The notes under the pieces were generated by a model. That model ran no database searches. It was not told the DNA's origin and saw only the letters and a list, made by a program, of their open reading frames with translations. Position numbers and translations under genes: made by a program. From the NCBI GenBank assembly GCA_963727445.1, contig CAVSGI010000004.1:32001-96000 (forward strand): a stretch of 64,000 nt of DNA, in the 5' to 3' direction. Positions within the stretch are counted from its first letter, which is position 1. Every line of letters starts with the position of its first letter. Of this stretch, positions 10,692 to 21,085 are shown one piece after another. Source of the DNA: an uncultured delta proteobacterium (GTDB lineage Bacteria > Myxococcota_A > Polyangia > Polyangiales > B10-G4).

Positions 10692-11690
10692 GTGCACCTC
10701 CTCCTTCCAGCGTTGGCGATCATCGGTGGCTTCATCGCCCTGGTCTGGGGCGCGGACCGCTTCGTCGAGGGCTCGGCGGCGACCGCCCGCAACCTCGGCG
10801 TCTCCCCGCTGATCATCGGCCTCACGGTCGTCGCTTTCGGCACCAGCGCGCCCGAGATGCTGGTGTCGAGCTTCGCAGCCTGGGCCGGCAACGGGGGGCT
10901 GGCGGTGGGCAACGCCATCGGCTCGAACATCACCAACGTCGCGCTGGTGCTGGGCGTCTCCGCGATCGTCGCGCCGCTCTCCGTGCACTCGAAGATCCTC
11001 TCGCGGGAGCTGCCGCTCCTGGTCTTCACCATGCTGCTGACACTCTCGCTGATGCTCGACCGGCATCTCGGGCGGATCGACGGCGTGATCCTCATCGCCG
11101 GTCTGGTCGTGCTCCTGGGATGGATGATCGGCGAAGGGGTGCGCGAGCGTCAGGGTGGCGGCGAGTCGGACGCCCTGAGCGACGAGTTCGCCGAGGAGAT
11201 CCCCGAGGGGATGTCGATGGGCAGGTCGATCTTCTGGCTGGTCCTGGGCCTCTTCGTGCTCCTGGGGGCGGCGCGCCTGGTCGTCTACGGGGCGTCGGAG
11301 GTGGCGCGCTATTTCGGCGTGTCGGACCTGGTGATCGGTCTGACGGTCGTCGCGCTCGGGACGAGCCTGCCCGAGCTCGCCGCGTCGGTGGTCTCGGCGA
11401 TGAAGAACGAGCACGACATCGCGATCGGCAACGTCGTCGGCTCCAACATGTTCAACCTCCTCGGCGTTCTGGCGCTTCCCGGGCTGATCCGCCCGAGCGA
11501 CGTGGGGCCGGATGTGTTGACCCGCGACTTTCCCGTGATGATCGGCGTCACGCTCCTGCTCTGGCTCAAGGCGCGGGGCTTCTACAAGAAGAGCCAGCTC
11601 ACGCGCTTCAACGGCGGCGTTCTCGTGTTGATCTACGCCATCTACATCGGCTGGCTCTTCGTCGACATGGTCCGCACGTCCCACGCTTGA
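10692..11690 (+). CDS. Calcium/sodium antiporter (CaCA family, YrbG-like)
   Basis: Two alpha-repeats: GTSAPE...GNAIGSNITN and GTSLPE...GNVVGSNMFN. Confidence 0.92.
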   Translation: MHLLLPALAIIGGFIALVWGADRFVEGSAATARNLGVSPLIIGLTVVAFGTSAPEMLVSSFAAWAGNGGLAVGNAIGSNITNVALVLGVSAIVAPLSVHSKILSRELPLLVFTMLLTLSLMLDRHLGRIDGVILIAGLVVLLGWMIGEGVRERQGGGESDALSDEFAEEIPEGMSMGRSIFWLVLGLFVLLGAARLVVYGASEVARYFGVSDLVIGLTVVALGTSLPELAASVVSAMKNEHDIAIGNVVGSNMFNLLGVLALPGLIRPSDVGPDVLTRDFPVMIGVTLLLWLKARGFYKKSQLTRFNGGVLVLIYAIYIGWLFVDMVRTSHA

Positions 11691-11779
11691 GCTGCCGACG
11701 GCTGCGGGCCCCTGCCCGGTGGGCCTCACGCCCCGACTCTGGGGCTGACGTTTGCGCGTGGCCATGTACCATTCGCGCG

Positions 11780-12406
11780 ATGAGCACGGGCCAGAACGAC
11801 GCGCGCCTCGACTTTCCGGCGACCGGCAGAAATGGCGAAGCCATCCTCGACGTTCTCTCTCGCGTGGCGCCACAACGAGGCCTGGTACTGGAGATCGGAA
11901 GCGGGAGCGGACAGCACGTGGTGCGTTTCGCGGATGCGCTCTGCGCCCTCCGCTTTCAGCCGACCGATCCCGACCCCACCCACGTCGCGAGCATCGATGC
12001 CTGGCGCGCGCACCGAGACCTGGACAACGTTCTGCCGGCGCTGCGCCTGGACGCGACGGAGCTGCCGTGGCCAGTCGACCGAGCCGAGGCCGTCTACTGC
12101 GCCAACGTGATCCACATCTCGCCCTGGGAGGTCGCCCTGTCGATACTCGAGGGCGCGAGCCGCGTCCTGCCGGCCGAGGGCGTGCTTTTCTTCTACGGCC
12201 CCTTCAAGCGCGAGGGCGCGCACACGGCGCCGAGCAACGCGCGCTTCGACGAGAGCCTTCGCGCGCGCGATCCGCGATGGGGCGTGCGCGACGCGGGCGA
12301 GGTCGCGGAGGCGGCGCGTGACCTCGGTCTTCATCTGCGCGAGCTCGTCCCCATGCCCGCCAACAACTTCTCCCTCATCTTCCGCAAGGACGCGCGCGCG
12401 ACGTGA
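11780..12406 (+). CDS. DUF938-family SAM-dependent methyltransferase
   Basis: Motifs VLEIGSGSGQH, ANVIHISPW, YGPF and SNARFDESLR..DPRWGVRD, MPANN. Confidence 0.88.
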   Translation: MSTGQNDARLDFPATGRNGEAILDVLSRVAPQRGLVLEIGSGSGQHVVRFADALCALRFQPTDPDPTHVASIDAWRAHRDLDNVLPALRLDATELPWPVDRAEAVYCANVIHISPWEVALSILEGASRVLPAEGVLFFYGPFKREGAHTAPSNARFDESLRARDPRWGVRDAGEVAEAARDLGLHLRELVPMPANNFSLIFRKDARAT

Positions 12407-13908
12407 AGACGCTCCTCATCATCCTCGCGCTGACCGTCGCCGCCGGGTGCGATGACGAGGAGCCCACGCCGCGGCCCGAGACCGAGGCGTCTCCCGAGAC
12501 GGAGGCGGCCCCGGAGCCGCCGGAGCCCGAAGAGCCGACGGGTGACCCACTGCCCGAGCGCCATCCGAGCTTCGCGCTGGGCGGCGTGCACAGCTGCGAC
12601 CTGTCGGCCTCGGGCGAGGTGCGATGCTGGGGCAGCCAGCAGTTCGCGCAGCTCGGCGACCCCGGCTTCGCGGCCGGCGATTACAACGCGCATCGCGATC
12701 TTCCGGCGCCGGTTCCCGGCCTCGAGGGTGTCGTGGCGCTCTACGCCGGCAACTTCCACAACTGCACGCTGCATGAGGACCACGTGGTGCGCTGCTGGGG
12801 GCACGACGGCTTCGGTCAGTCGAGCGCGGGTCCATTCGGCGGCGGTGACGTGGCCGCGCCTCGGATCCTCGAAGGGCTCGAGCGCCCGGTGGAGCTAGCC
12901 CTCGGCCGGCAGCACACCTGTGCGCGCCTCGCCGATCGCCGGGTCTTCTGCTTCGGCGACAACAGCTGGGGCCAGCTCGGCGCCGGCGACCTCGAGGCGC
13001 ACGAAGGTGTGGTCCAGGTGCAGGGGATCGACGACGCGCTCGCGATCAGCGCGGGCCGCGACTTCACCTGCGCGCTCCGCGAGGGCAACGTGATCAGCTG
13101 CTGGGGCGCCGCGGTCGATGGAGAGCTGGGCTCGGCCGCCCATGGCGCGATGTCCGGGACGCCGGTGGAGGTGCCGGAGGTTCCCGAGCACGTGAAGGCG
13201 ATCAGCGCGGGGGGCTTGCACGGTTGCCTGCTGACCGAGGGCGGTGAGGTGTACTGCTGGGGTGCGAACGACACCCATCAGATGGGCAACGGGCGGGGGG
13301 GCGAGCAGTCCGACGTCGCCCCGCATCCGGTGCAGGTGCGCGACCTCGAGGACGTGGTGGAGATCGCGGCGGGCGCACGGCACACCTGCGCGCGCAAGTC
13401 GGACGGCACCGTCTTCTGCTGGGGCGCGAACCACTTCGGTCAGCTGGGCGACGGCACCGAAACCGGCGACAACGTCCCGCTCCAGGTCAAGGGTCTCGAG
13501 GACGCGACGAGCATTGCCGCCGGCACCCGCCACACATGCGCCCGTCGCGAGGGCGGCGACGAGGTCTGCTGGGGCGCGAACCGCCTCGGCCAGCTCGGCC
13601 ACGAGGGCGAGGAGCAGGTGGTGGTGGGCGCCGTCGTCGGCACCGGCGAGCTCATCGCCCAGCCGGATCCCAGCCAGATGCGGCGCAACGGGCATCGCGC
13701 GACGATGGCGCCGAACATGGCGTCGATGAACGGGGCGGCGAACATGACGCCGAACATGGCGTGGATGAACGGAGGGCCGAACATGACGCCGAGCATGGGG
13801 ATGGCGGCGAGTCCGTCCGCGAGTCCGACCCCGAGTCCGACTCCGACCATGACCTCGACTCCGAGTCCGTCTCCGAGTCCGACTCCGACCATGACCCCGA
13901 CTCCCTGA
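12403..13908 (+). CDS. RCC1-repeat lipoprotein with a Met-rich and Pro/Ser/Thr-rich tail
   Basis: Lipobox AAGC and repeated HTCA...CWG.N..GQLG units. Confidence 0.85.
   Translation: MKTLLIILALTVAAGCDDEEPTPRPETEASPETEAAPEPPEPEEPTGDPLPERHPSFALGGVHSCDLSASGEVRCWGSQQFAQLGDPGFAAGDYNAHRDLPAPVPGLEGVVALYAGNFHNCTLHEDHVVRCWGHDGFGQSSAGPFGGGDVAAPRILEGLERPVELALGRQHTCARLADRRVFCFGDNSWGQLGAGDLEAHEGVVQVQGIDDALAISAGRDFTCALREGNVISCWGAAVDGELGSAAHGAMSGTPVEVPEVPEHVKAISAGGLHGCLLTEGGEVYCWGANDTHQMGNGRGGEQSDVAPHPVQVRDLEDVVEIAAGARHTCARKSDGTVFCWGANHFGQLGDGTETGDNVPLQVKGLEDATSIAAGTRHTCARREGGDEVCWGANRLGQLGHEGEEQVVVGAVVGTGELIAQPDPSQMRRNGHRATMAPNMASMNGAANMTPNMAWMNGGPNMTPSMGMAASPSASPTPSPTPTMTSTPSPSPSPTPTMTPTP
13705..13905 (+). 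repeat. In-frame low-complexity repeats (39-bp Met-rich units and 6-bp Pro-Ser/Pro-Thr units)
   Basis: MAPNMASMNGAAN / MTPNMAWMNGGPN / MTPSM, then two copies of PSPTPTMT. Confidence 0.75.
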
Positions 13909-14037
13909 CCTGTGTAAGAGCGCCCACGACCTGAGCTGCGATCGATCCAGGCGGGTCACTTAAGGCGCACTCGAGGTCGCAATTGAGCCCCCCGAGGGCT
14001 CTCGCTCGCTGGAACGAGCCTTGCGGAGCACGGGGCC

Positions 14038-16503
14038 GTGGCCCGCACCTTCCTCGCAGCGCTCCTCGCCTCGGTCGCCCTCATGTCGCCCGCCGCCGGG
14101 CATGCGGTGACAATCACCAGCCGCAGCTGGAGCACCCCGCGGCCCGGCGTCCGCATCCTCACCGGACGCACCTCCTCGCCGACCACGCGCTTCTACGCGG
14201 CCTACGTCGATCTCTGCGCGGACTACGTCCACGTCGGAGCGACCACCCGGCCGTCTTCGCTCCGGACGGCGGGGAGCTGGGGCAATTCGGTGGGCGCGAC
14301 CGTCGCGACGAACGGTGACTTCTTTCGGTACGAGTCCCCGCCCCGCGTCTACGGCCTCGCGGTCGGCGACGGCCATCCGTGGCCCGCCGCCCAGTCGGGG
14401 GAGGGGAGCGCGGCGTCGTCGGAGTGGTTCTATCACCACTACGGCTGGATCGCCTTCGGCAACGGCTGGGTCGACTTCAACCACACGCGGTGGGTGAAGC
14501 GAAATCGCACCGTCACCGAGGGCTTCTCCCCGGACGCCTTCACCTCCGACATCCCCAGCGGCACCCGAGCGCTGGTGAGCGGCTTCCCCGAGCTCGTCAC
14601 CGAGGGAAGGCGAGCCACCTGCTCGAGCCCGACCGCGAGCTCTTGCTTCCCGGATCGCTCCGACATGCGCGACCGACACCCGCGCACCGCGATGGGCCTC
14701 ACCGAGGACATGCAGACCTTCCTCCTCGTCGTGGTCGATGGCCGTTCTTCCACCTCTGTCGGGATGTACGGCACCGAGCTCGCCTCCCTGATGGATCAGT
14801 TGGGCGCGTGGCAGGCCTACAACATCGACGGCGGCGGCTCGAGCCAGATGTGGGTGAATGGGCGGGGCACGATCAACCATCCCTCGGACGGCTCCGCGCG
14901 CGGTGTGGCGAACCACTGGGGGATCTTCGCGGGCGCGGCCGGGGGCCTGTCGCGCATCCCCGGGAGCTGCATGCCGACGTCGGTGGACAACTGCTTCGAC
15001 GTGCGCCCGGACGGGAGCGGATGCGAGGTCGAGGAGGCCGAGCTCGACGCGTCCTGGGTTGGCGGCGACACCACCAGCGATGTCGATGGAGACGGCCGCG
15101 CCGACGTCTGCATCCGTCACGGCGCCGACTTTCGCTGTCGCCTCGCGGCGGACGAGGGCTTCGGCGAGGTGAGCCTCATGCTCGACGCCTTCTCCGACGA
15201 CGAGGGCTTCGACGATCCGGGCAAGTGGTCCACGCTCCGCATGGGGGACTTCGACGCTGACGGGCGCGCCGACGTGTGCGGGCGCGCCGCCGACGGGATC
15301 AGGTGCGTGCTGTCGACCAGCGAAGGAGCGTCCATGCGCATCGACGGCCCGGCGCTCGCGGACGAGCACGGCTGGAACCAGAGGCGCTACGCCACGACCC
15401 TGCGGGTGGGTGACATCGACGGCGATCACCGTGACGATCTCTGCGCGCGCGCCGCGGCGGGGATCCGCTGCTGGCGCTCGTCCGGCGCGGGCTTCTCGGA
15501 CGCCATTGCCGGCCCCGAGTGGTCGAACGACGGCGGCTGGGCGCAACCGAAGTACTACGCCACGATCCGCCTCGGCGACATCGACGGAGACGGGCGAGAC
15601 AATCTCTGCGCCCGCGGCGCCGCGGGTCTCTTCTGCTACCCGTCGACCGGCGACGGCTTCGGCCCGCGCATCGACGGCCCCGCGTGGAGCGACGCCCGCG
15701 GCTTCGGGAACATCCGCTACTGGAGCACCTTCCGACTCGCGGACGTGGACGGCGACGGGCTCGCAGACGCTTGCATCCGGACCTCATCGGACCTGCGCTG
15801 TCACATGTCGACCGGCGACGGCTTCACCGGGCCGGAGATCGTCGGCGCGCTCTCGGATGACTCGGGGTGGGCAGATCACGACAACTACGCGACCCTTCGG
15901 GCTGGCGACGTCGACGGCGATGGTGCCGAGGAGCTCTGCGTGCGCGCGAACCGCGGCATCCTCTGCTACCGCCTCGGCGCGGACGGCTTCACCCGCTTCG
16001 ACGGGCCGGCGCTCTCGAACGACGACGGATGGGACGCCGTGCGCTACTACACGACCATCCGCCTCGCCGACGTGAACGGCGATGGTCGGGACAATCTCTG
16101 CGCCCGCGGCACGCACGGCCCCCGTTGCTGGCTGTCGACGGGAGAGGCCTTCGCGGCCGACCCGATCGGTGTCGACGGTTTCACCCAGCGCGACGTGGCC
16201 CGCTACAGCGGCTTCCGCATCGCCGGCCCGCACGCCGTGCCGCTGCCCGAGGTGTGCAACGGCGAAGACGACGACCTCGACGGCTTGACCGACGAGGATG
16301 GCGTCTGCGACGGCCCGCCGCCGAGCGGGGGCGACGGGGGCCCGCGGGAGGGACCCGATGGCGCAGTGGTTCGCGACGGCGGTGTCGACGGCGGGCCGGG
16401 GCCGATCCACGGCGGCTGCAGCGCGGGCGGCCCGCCCCAGGCTGACGGTTGGCTCCTGTGCGCCTTGGCCGCGCTGTTCCTGGTGCGTCGCCGGCGAGAT
16501 TGA
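14038..16503 (+). CDS. Secreted phosphodiester glycosidase (NAGPA-like) with FG-GAP/VCBS repeats and MYXO-CTERM
   Basis: Signal peptide; NGDFF, HPRTAMG, VVDGR and NIDGGGSS; about seven D.DGDGR.D.C.R repeats; EVCNGEDDDLDG; C-terminal GGCS, a hydrophobic stretch and RRRR. Confidence 0.85.
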   Translation: MARTFLAALLASVALMSPAAGHAVTITSRSWSTPRPGVRILTGRTSSPTTRFYAAYVDLCADYVHVGATTRPSSLRTAGSWGNSVGATVATNGDFFRYESPPRVYGLAVGDGHPWPAAQSGEGSAASSEWFYHHYGWIAFGNGWVDFNHTRWVKRNRTVTEGFSPDAFTSDIPSGTRALVSGFPELVTEGRRATCSSPTASSCFPDRSDMRDRHPRTAMGLTEDMQTFLLVVVDGRSSTSVGMYGTELASLMDQLGAWQAYNIDGGGSSQMWVNGRGTINHPSDGSARGVANHWGIFAGAAGGLSRIPGSCMPTSVDNCFDVRPDGSGCEVEEAELDASWVGGDTTSDVDGDGRADVCIRHGADFRCRLAADEGFGEVSLMLDAFSDDEGFDDPGKWSTLRMGDFDADGRADVCGRAADGIRCVLSTSEGASMRIDGPALADEHGWNQRRYATTLRVGDIDGDHRDDLCARAAAGIRCWRSSGAGFSDAIAGPEWSNDGGWAQPKYYATIRLGDIDGDGRDNLCARGAAGLFCYPSTGDGFGPRIDGPAWSDARGFGNIRYWSTFRLADVDGDGLADACIRTSSDLRCHMSTGDGFTGPEIVGALSDDSGWADHDNYATLRAGDVDGDGAEELCVRANRGILCYRLGADGFTRFDGPALSNDDGWDAVRYYTTIRLADVNGDGRDNLCARGTHGPRCWLSTGEAFAADPIGVDGFTQRDVARYSGFRIAGPHAVPLPEVCNGEDDDLDGLTDEDGVCDGPPPSGGDGGPREGPDGAVVRDGGVDGGPGPIHGGCSAGGPPQADGWLLCALAALFLVRRRRD

Positions 16504-16520
16504 TCCACGATGCGCCTCGC

Positions 16521-17153
16521 ATGTTCACCGGCATCGTCGAAGAGATCGGCAGGGTCCGACGGGTGGAAAAGCGCGAGGGAGCGACGCGCTTCGAGCTCGC
16601 CTGCGAGACGGCCCTCGAGGGCACGGAGGTCGGCGACAGCATCGCGGTCTGTGGCGTCTGTCTGACCGTGGTCGCGCTCGCCGACGGCGCCTTCGCTTGC
16701 GAAGCCGTGCCCGAGACGCTGAAGCGAACCAACCTCGGCCGGCTCCGCGAAGGTGACCGGGTGAACCTCGAGCGCGCTGTGCGCGAGGGGCGGCCCTTCG
16801 GCGGACACTACGTTCAGGGTCACGTCGACGACATCGGCGAAGTCACGGAGGTCGTGGACGAGGGCGAGGCGAAGAACTACCGCTTCCGCTGCATGGCCGA
16901 GGTCGCGCGCTACATCGTCCCCAAGGGCTTCGTCTGCGTGGACGGCGCGAGCCTCACGGTGGTGGAGGCCGGCGACGACTGGTTCACGGTGACGCTGGTC
17001 CCCCACACCCAGAAGAGCGTCGTGATGGGCAGCGAGGGCCCGGGCTACGTCGTCAATCTCGAGGTCGACGTCCTCGGCAAGTACGTCGAGCGCATCGTCG
17101 GCGGCCGCCTCGACGCGATCGAGGCGCGCCTGTCGAAGCTCGAGCGGAGCTAG
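16521..17153 (+). CDS. ribE: Riboflavin synthase (alpha chain)
   Basis: Starts MFTGIVEE; motifs GVCLTV, VNLERA, GGHYVQGHVD and VNLEVDVLGKYVER. Confidence 0.95.
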   Translation: MFTGIVEEIGRVRRVEKREGATRFELACETALEGTEVGDSIAVCGVCLTVVALADGAFACEAVPETLKRTNLGRLREGDRVNLERAVREGRPFGGHYVQGHVDDIGEVTEVVDEGEAKNYRFRCMAEVARYIVPKGFVCVDGASLTVVEAGDDWFTVTLVPHTQKSVVMGSEGPGYVVNLEVDVLGKYVERIVGGRLDAIEARLSKLERS

Positions 17154-17198
17154 CTCTCCCCGGGCCCGGCCCCTGGGGCTCTCCACTCGTGGTTGTGC

Positions 17199-18914
17199 TC
17201 AGCGGCGGCGGCGCCGCACCCAGAACAACACAGCGAGGCAAGCGAAGACGCCGGTCAGGCTCGTCGTGAGTCCTTCCCAGAAACGCGGTGGGACGTAGCG
17301 CAGCACGAGTGCGTGCTGGCCTCTGGGGAGCTCCACCGCGAGCATTCCGTCGTGGTCGATGGCGGTGCCCGGAGAGGCGCTCCAGCCGGGGTAGTAGTTC
17401 TGGTTGACGAGAACAGTTCCGCTTTCGGTCATCGACACGTCGGCTTTCATGCCGTTGTTCGTGCGCCGAAAACCCTCCACCACGCCACGCCCTTCGATGA
17501 CACGCACCTGGGGCTGGACGCCGACGCGCAGGCCTCTCGCCACGTGCCAGCGCATGCCCCACGGGTAGCAGGCCGGGGTGCCGACGCCGCGGCGGGGGTA
17601 GCTCGCGTACTCCCGGAAGTAGTTGCGACCGTGAACCAGGAAGTAGCTGGGCACGGGCTCTTCTTCGAGCACGGGTGCCCAATTGAAGCGGTCGGTGGCG
17701 GCGAAGTTCGTGGCGACGATGTCGACGCCGCTCGCCAACGTCACGAGCGCCATGAGCGCGGGTGCCGCCCGTGACACCCACGCGGGTCGATAGCGGTGTT
17801 TCAGCCAGTCGTGGATGCCTTGAAGGCCCATGCCGGCGAGGAGCGCGAGGTAGAACGAGGCCAGGACCGTGAAGCGCGTGGGGACGCGAAGCGAGTCGTA
17901 CACCGGCAGGTGATGCATCAGCGTCCACGGTGCGTATTCGGCGAAGTTGCCCATCAAGAGCGTGCCGAAGACGAGGATGCCGATCAGCAGGTGGAGCCGC
18001 TTCTTTCGAAACGCGGGCCACAGGCCCACGACGGCGAGGGCGAGGACGGCCCAGCCGACGTAGGTTCCGTATTCGTGCCAGCGATATTCGTGTCCGAAGA
18101 GCGCCGGGTGCCTTCGGGCGACGTACATGTCGAGGAGCTCGGCGAACGTGATGGTGTCGAAGCTCTCGACGTCTCTTGGTAGCTCCGCGAGGGTGGCGCG
18201 GATGGGCAGCAGTCGGATGCCGGCGAGGAGCGCTCCGAGGATCCCCGCGACGAGCCCCGCCCGTAGGACCGCGCCGCGCTTCCGTTCCCGGAACAGTGAG
18301 ACCGCGCCATCGAAAGCGATCAGCAGGACGAAGTAGGGGAATGGATAGGTGCCTCCCTCGAAGATCACCACGGCCATGAGAGCCGCGAGGGCGACCGCGT
18401 AGCGGATGTCGGTGAAGGATGCGCGGAAGGCGAGGAGCAACCACGGCGCGAGGTAGAACGGGATGAAGGTGCCGTGACCTTCACTCACGTGCCAGGCAAA
18501 GAACCCCGAGCCCGCCCAGGCGACCGCCGCGACCGTCGAGGCAGGCAGGCCGAGGTCGTAGTGCTTGCGGGCGAAGAGAGCCATTCCCAGCAGCCCCGCG
18601 AATGCGTGCGCGACGATGAAGAGCTTGACGGCGAGGGTCGGGCCGAAGAGCAGCGACAGGGGGAAGAGCGGAGAGAGCGCCTGAGATTCCGGGTTGCCGA
18701 GGATGGGCACGCCGCCGCAGTGATAGGGATCCCAGAGCGGCCATTCGTGGTGGCGGGTCAACGCCACCCACGCCGCCTCCCAGTTGTGGTGGACCATCTG
18801 CCAGTCGCCCGGGCCCGTCGCGTCGATGTCGAAGAACGCGGGGCTCCAGATGACGAAGGACAGCGCGAGGAAGCCGAGGACGAGGCCCCAGAGAGTGCCG
18901 CGCGCCGTCCGCAT
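17199..18914 (-). CDS. Polytopic membrane protein, YfhO-like / GT-C glycosyltransferase-like
   Basis: PLWDPY..GG.P.LGNPES N-terminal loop, many TM helices, LRVPTRF, and a C-terminal NQNYYPGW...VELPRGQH..LRY.P segment typical of YfhO-like proteins. Confidence 0.65.
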   Translation of the reverse strand: MRTARGTLWGLVLGFLALSFVIWSPAFFDIDATGPGDWQMVHHNWEAAWVALTRHHEWPLWDPYHCGGVPILGNPESQALSPLFPLSLLFGPTLAVKLFIVAHAFAGLLGMALFARKHYDLGLPASTVAAVAWAGSGFFAWHVSEGHGTFIPFYLAPWLLLAFRASFTDIRYAVALAALMAVVIFEGGTYPFPYFVLLIAFDGAVSLFRERKRGAVLRAGLVAGILGALLAGIRLLPIRATLAELPRDVESFDTITFAELLDMYVARRHPALFGHEYRWHEYGTYVGWAVLALAVVGLWPAFRKKRLHLLIGILVFGTLLMGNFAEYAPWTLMHHLPVYDSLRVPTRFTVLASFYLALLAGMGLQGIHDWLKHRYRPAWVSRAAPALMALVTLASGVDIVATNFAATDRFNWAPVLEEEPVPSYFLVHGRNYFREYASYPRRGVGTPACYPWGMRWHVARGLRVGVQPQVRVIEGRGVVEGFRRTNNGMKADVSMTESGTVLVNQNYYPGWSASPGTAIDHDGMLAVELPRGQHALVLRYVPPRFWEGLTTSLTGVFACLAVLFWVRRRRR

Positions 18915-21022
18915 CAGGGCTCCAGGGTGTAGTGCCGTGGATCGAGACCGTGCTCTCGATAGAACTCTTTCAGCTCGCCAACGAGCTCGTCGGCCAGGTC
19001 GGGATCTTCAGTCAACAGGTTTCGACGCTCGCCAGGGTCGGTGGCGAGGTCGTACATCTCGCGGTCCCCGGTGCTCGCGTCGATGATCAGCTTCTGGTCT
19101 CCGTCGATCCACGCGACCTTGAACCAGTCGGTGGTCTGATCCGGCAGGGCCGCGGCGTAGACGGGCAGGCTCTCCGGCTCGTCGCCACTCTCGAGAGAGG
19201 GCATGAGGCTGCGTCCGCAGAGGCCGGTCGGGACCACGAGCCCCGCCGCCTCCAGGATGGTCGGCACGACATCGATGAGACTCACCGGCGTGCTCCTACG
19301 GCCCGGATGGACGCCTGGCCCCCAGACGAGAAGCGGGACGTGAATCTCCTCCTCGTAGACGCTCGAGCCGTGTCGTCTCGCTCCATGTTCATCGAACTGC
19401 TCACCGTGATCCGACGTGATGAACACCCAGGTGTTGTCTTTCCTCTCCCTGCCGTCGAGATAGTCGAGGAGGCGATCCACTTGTTGGTCCACGTAGCGTA
19501 GCGAATGCAGATGTCGTTCGTGGTAGGGCGGGCGATCGGCGGTCGGGAGCTCGGGGCCGTAGGTGAACGGGTAGTGGGGCTCGTTCAGATGGGTCCAAAT
19601 GAAGCGCGGGGTCGCGCCGGGCGTCGGAGCCCGCGTCAGGCGCGTCATGATCGCGTTGACGTCGTATGTCGCGACATAACGATGGGCACGCCGGAACGCC
19701 ACGAATCGGTCGTCGACCTCTCCGAAACCGTCGAGCCCATGGCCCGAGACCGGGAAGGCCCCGGGATCGGAGACCAACGCCACCGTCTCATACCCGGACG
19801 CCATGAGATAGCTCGCTACCGTCGGCTGCCCGTCCACGAGGGTGAGGGCCCATCGGTGCCGAGGGACGGGCGGCCCACCGACCCGCCCCGGAATGATGCC
19901 GGTGAACATGCTACGAAACGACTGTCGGGTGGAGTTCGAAGGCGCGTACGCCCTCTCGAAGACCGCCGCCCGTCGCGCGTGCGCCTGGATCTGCGGCGTC
20001 ACCTTGTGGGTTCCGTTGGGGTCCATGCTGCTGTGGTCCCAGCGCCAGCCGTCGATGGTCAGCAGGATGATGTCCGGCGCATCGTCTGGTGCGGTTCCGA
20101 CCTGTTCGGGTGGTGTCAGTCGCTCCTCGGGACGGCACGCTTGCACCTCGTCGGGGGCGTCCATCGACCCGACGCTGGTCAGGCGCGCGGCCACCGCGAG
20201 AAGCCAAGGCGTCACTCGCAGGTCCTGCTGCACCGAGCGGTACGTCTTCGCAGGGTGTGTCCACGTGAGGTGCCAGACGAGGATTCCGAAACCGAGCCCC
20301 GCCACCATCGACATCAGATAGTGGAGCCACTTGGGCGCCGCCGTGCTGAAGGCGCCGACCAAGAAGACGACCAGCATCGCGCCCGGGACCTGCCAGCCGA
20401 CTTCCCGAAAATAGTCCGGCTCGTTTCGACTTCCGAGCAGCAGCCCGACGACCGCGACCAGGATGAGCGACGCGATGAAGGTGCCCGGATGCCGCAAGCG
20501 GGCCGGCAGGTGGTCGAAGACCCATTCGAACGCGGCGATCACCGGGCGGTAGGTCAGCACCACCAGGACGAGGACCACGAACACGACCAGGACCAGGGCG
20601 ATGCGCTGCGTGACGGTGTTGCCGAGCAATGCGTATCCGAACGCGAAATCCAGCACCCAGGCGCCGACGCTCGCGACGAGGACCGCCGCCAGGTGAATTG
20701 GAACGCGCTCAGGAGGTGGGAGGAGTAGCCGGCGGAGGAACGTGGTCCGCAACACCATCACCCGCGCCAGGATGGCCATCACGGCGATGATCAACGCGGG
20801 CGCGGACCAGGCGCCCACGGAGATGCCCAGGGAATCGAGCCACTCCGACTTCTTGCTCACTCCGATGAAGGTGTCGACACACGCGATCGTCGTCGCCGCT
20901 GCGAACGCGAAGACGATGGAGTAGGCGGCCGTCCTCCAAAATTTCCATCGTGAGCGGTGGTGCGACGAAGTGTTGAGGAAGCGGGGGACGTGCGCTTCCG
21001 GCCCGTGGGGAGCCATGGTCAT
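18914..21022 (-). CDS. Membrane-anchored sulfatase-fold hydrolase/transferase
   Basis: TM N-terminus; IILLTIDGWRWDH, APSNSTRQS, EPHYP, TSDHGE and HG.SVYEE.IHVPL. Confidence 0.85.
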   Translation of the reverse strand: MTMAPHGPEAHVPRFLNTSSHHRSRWKFWRTAAYSIVFAFAAATTIACVDTFIGVSKKSEWLDSLGISVGAWSAPALIIAVMAILARVMVLRTTFLRRLLLPPPERVPIHLAAVLVASVGAWVLDFAFGYALLGNTVTQRIALVLVVFVVLVLVVLTYRPVIAAFEWVFDHLPARLRHPGTFIASLILVAVVGLLLGSRNEPDYFREVGWQVPGAMLVVFLVGAFSTAAPKWLHYLMSMVAGLGFGILVWHLTWTHPAKTYRSVQQDLRVTPWLLAVAARLTSVGSMDAPDEVQACRPEERLTPPEQVGTAPDDAPDIILLTIDGWRWDHSSMDPNGTHKVTPQIQAHARRAAVFERAYAPSNSTRQSFRSMFTGIIPGRVGGPPVPRHRWALTLVDGQPTVASYLMASGYETVALVSDPGAFPVSGHGLDGFGEVDDRFVAFRRAHRYVATYDVNAIMTRLTRAPTPGATPRFIWTHLNEPHYPFTYGPELPTADRPPYHERHLHSLRYVDQQVDRLLDYLDGRERKDNTWVFITSDHGEQFDEHGARRHGSSVYEEEIHVPLLVWGPGVHPGRRSTPVSLIDVVPTILEAAGLVVPTGLCGRSLMPSLESGDEPESLPVYAAALPDQTTDWFKVAWIDGDQKLIIDASTGDREMYDLATDPGERRNLLTEDPDLADELVGELKEFYREHGLDPRHYTLEP

Positions 21023-21085
21023 CAGCGGGGGCTCGCGGCCGAGCGTATTCGACGCACGGCCGGTTGGTCCAGTGTTGGGAGGGGT

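Noticed and set aside
13652..13927. Ser-Asp/Ser-Glu repeat ORF on the minus strand
   Set aside because: It is the antisense reading of the Pro/Ser/Thr tail of the RCC1 lipoprotein.
16504..16520. FMN riboswitch upstream of riboflavin synthase
   Set aside because: The intergenic gap is only 17 bp and holds no riboswitch-like sequence.
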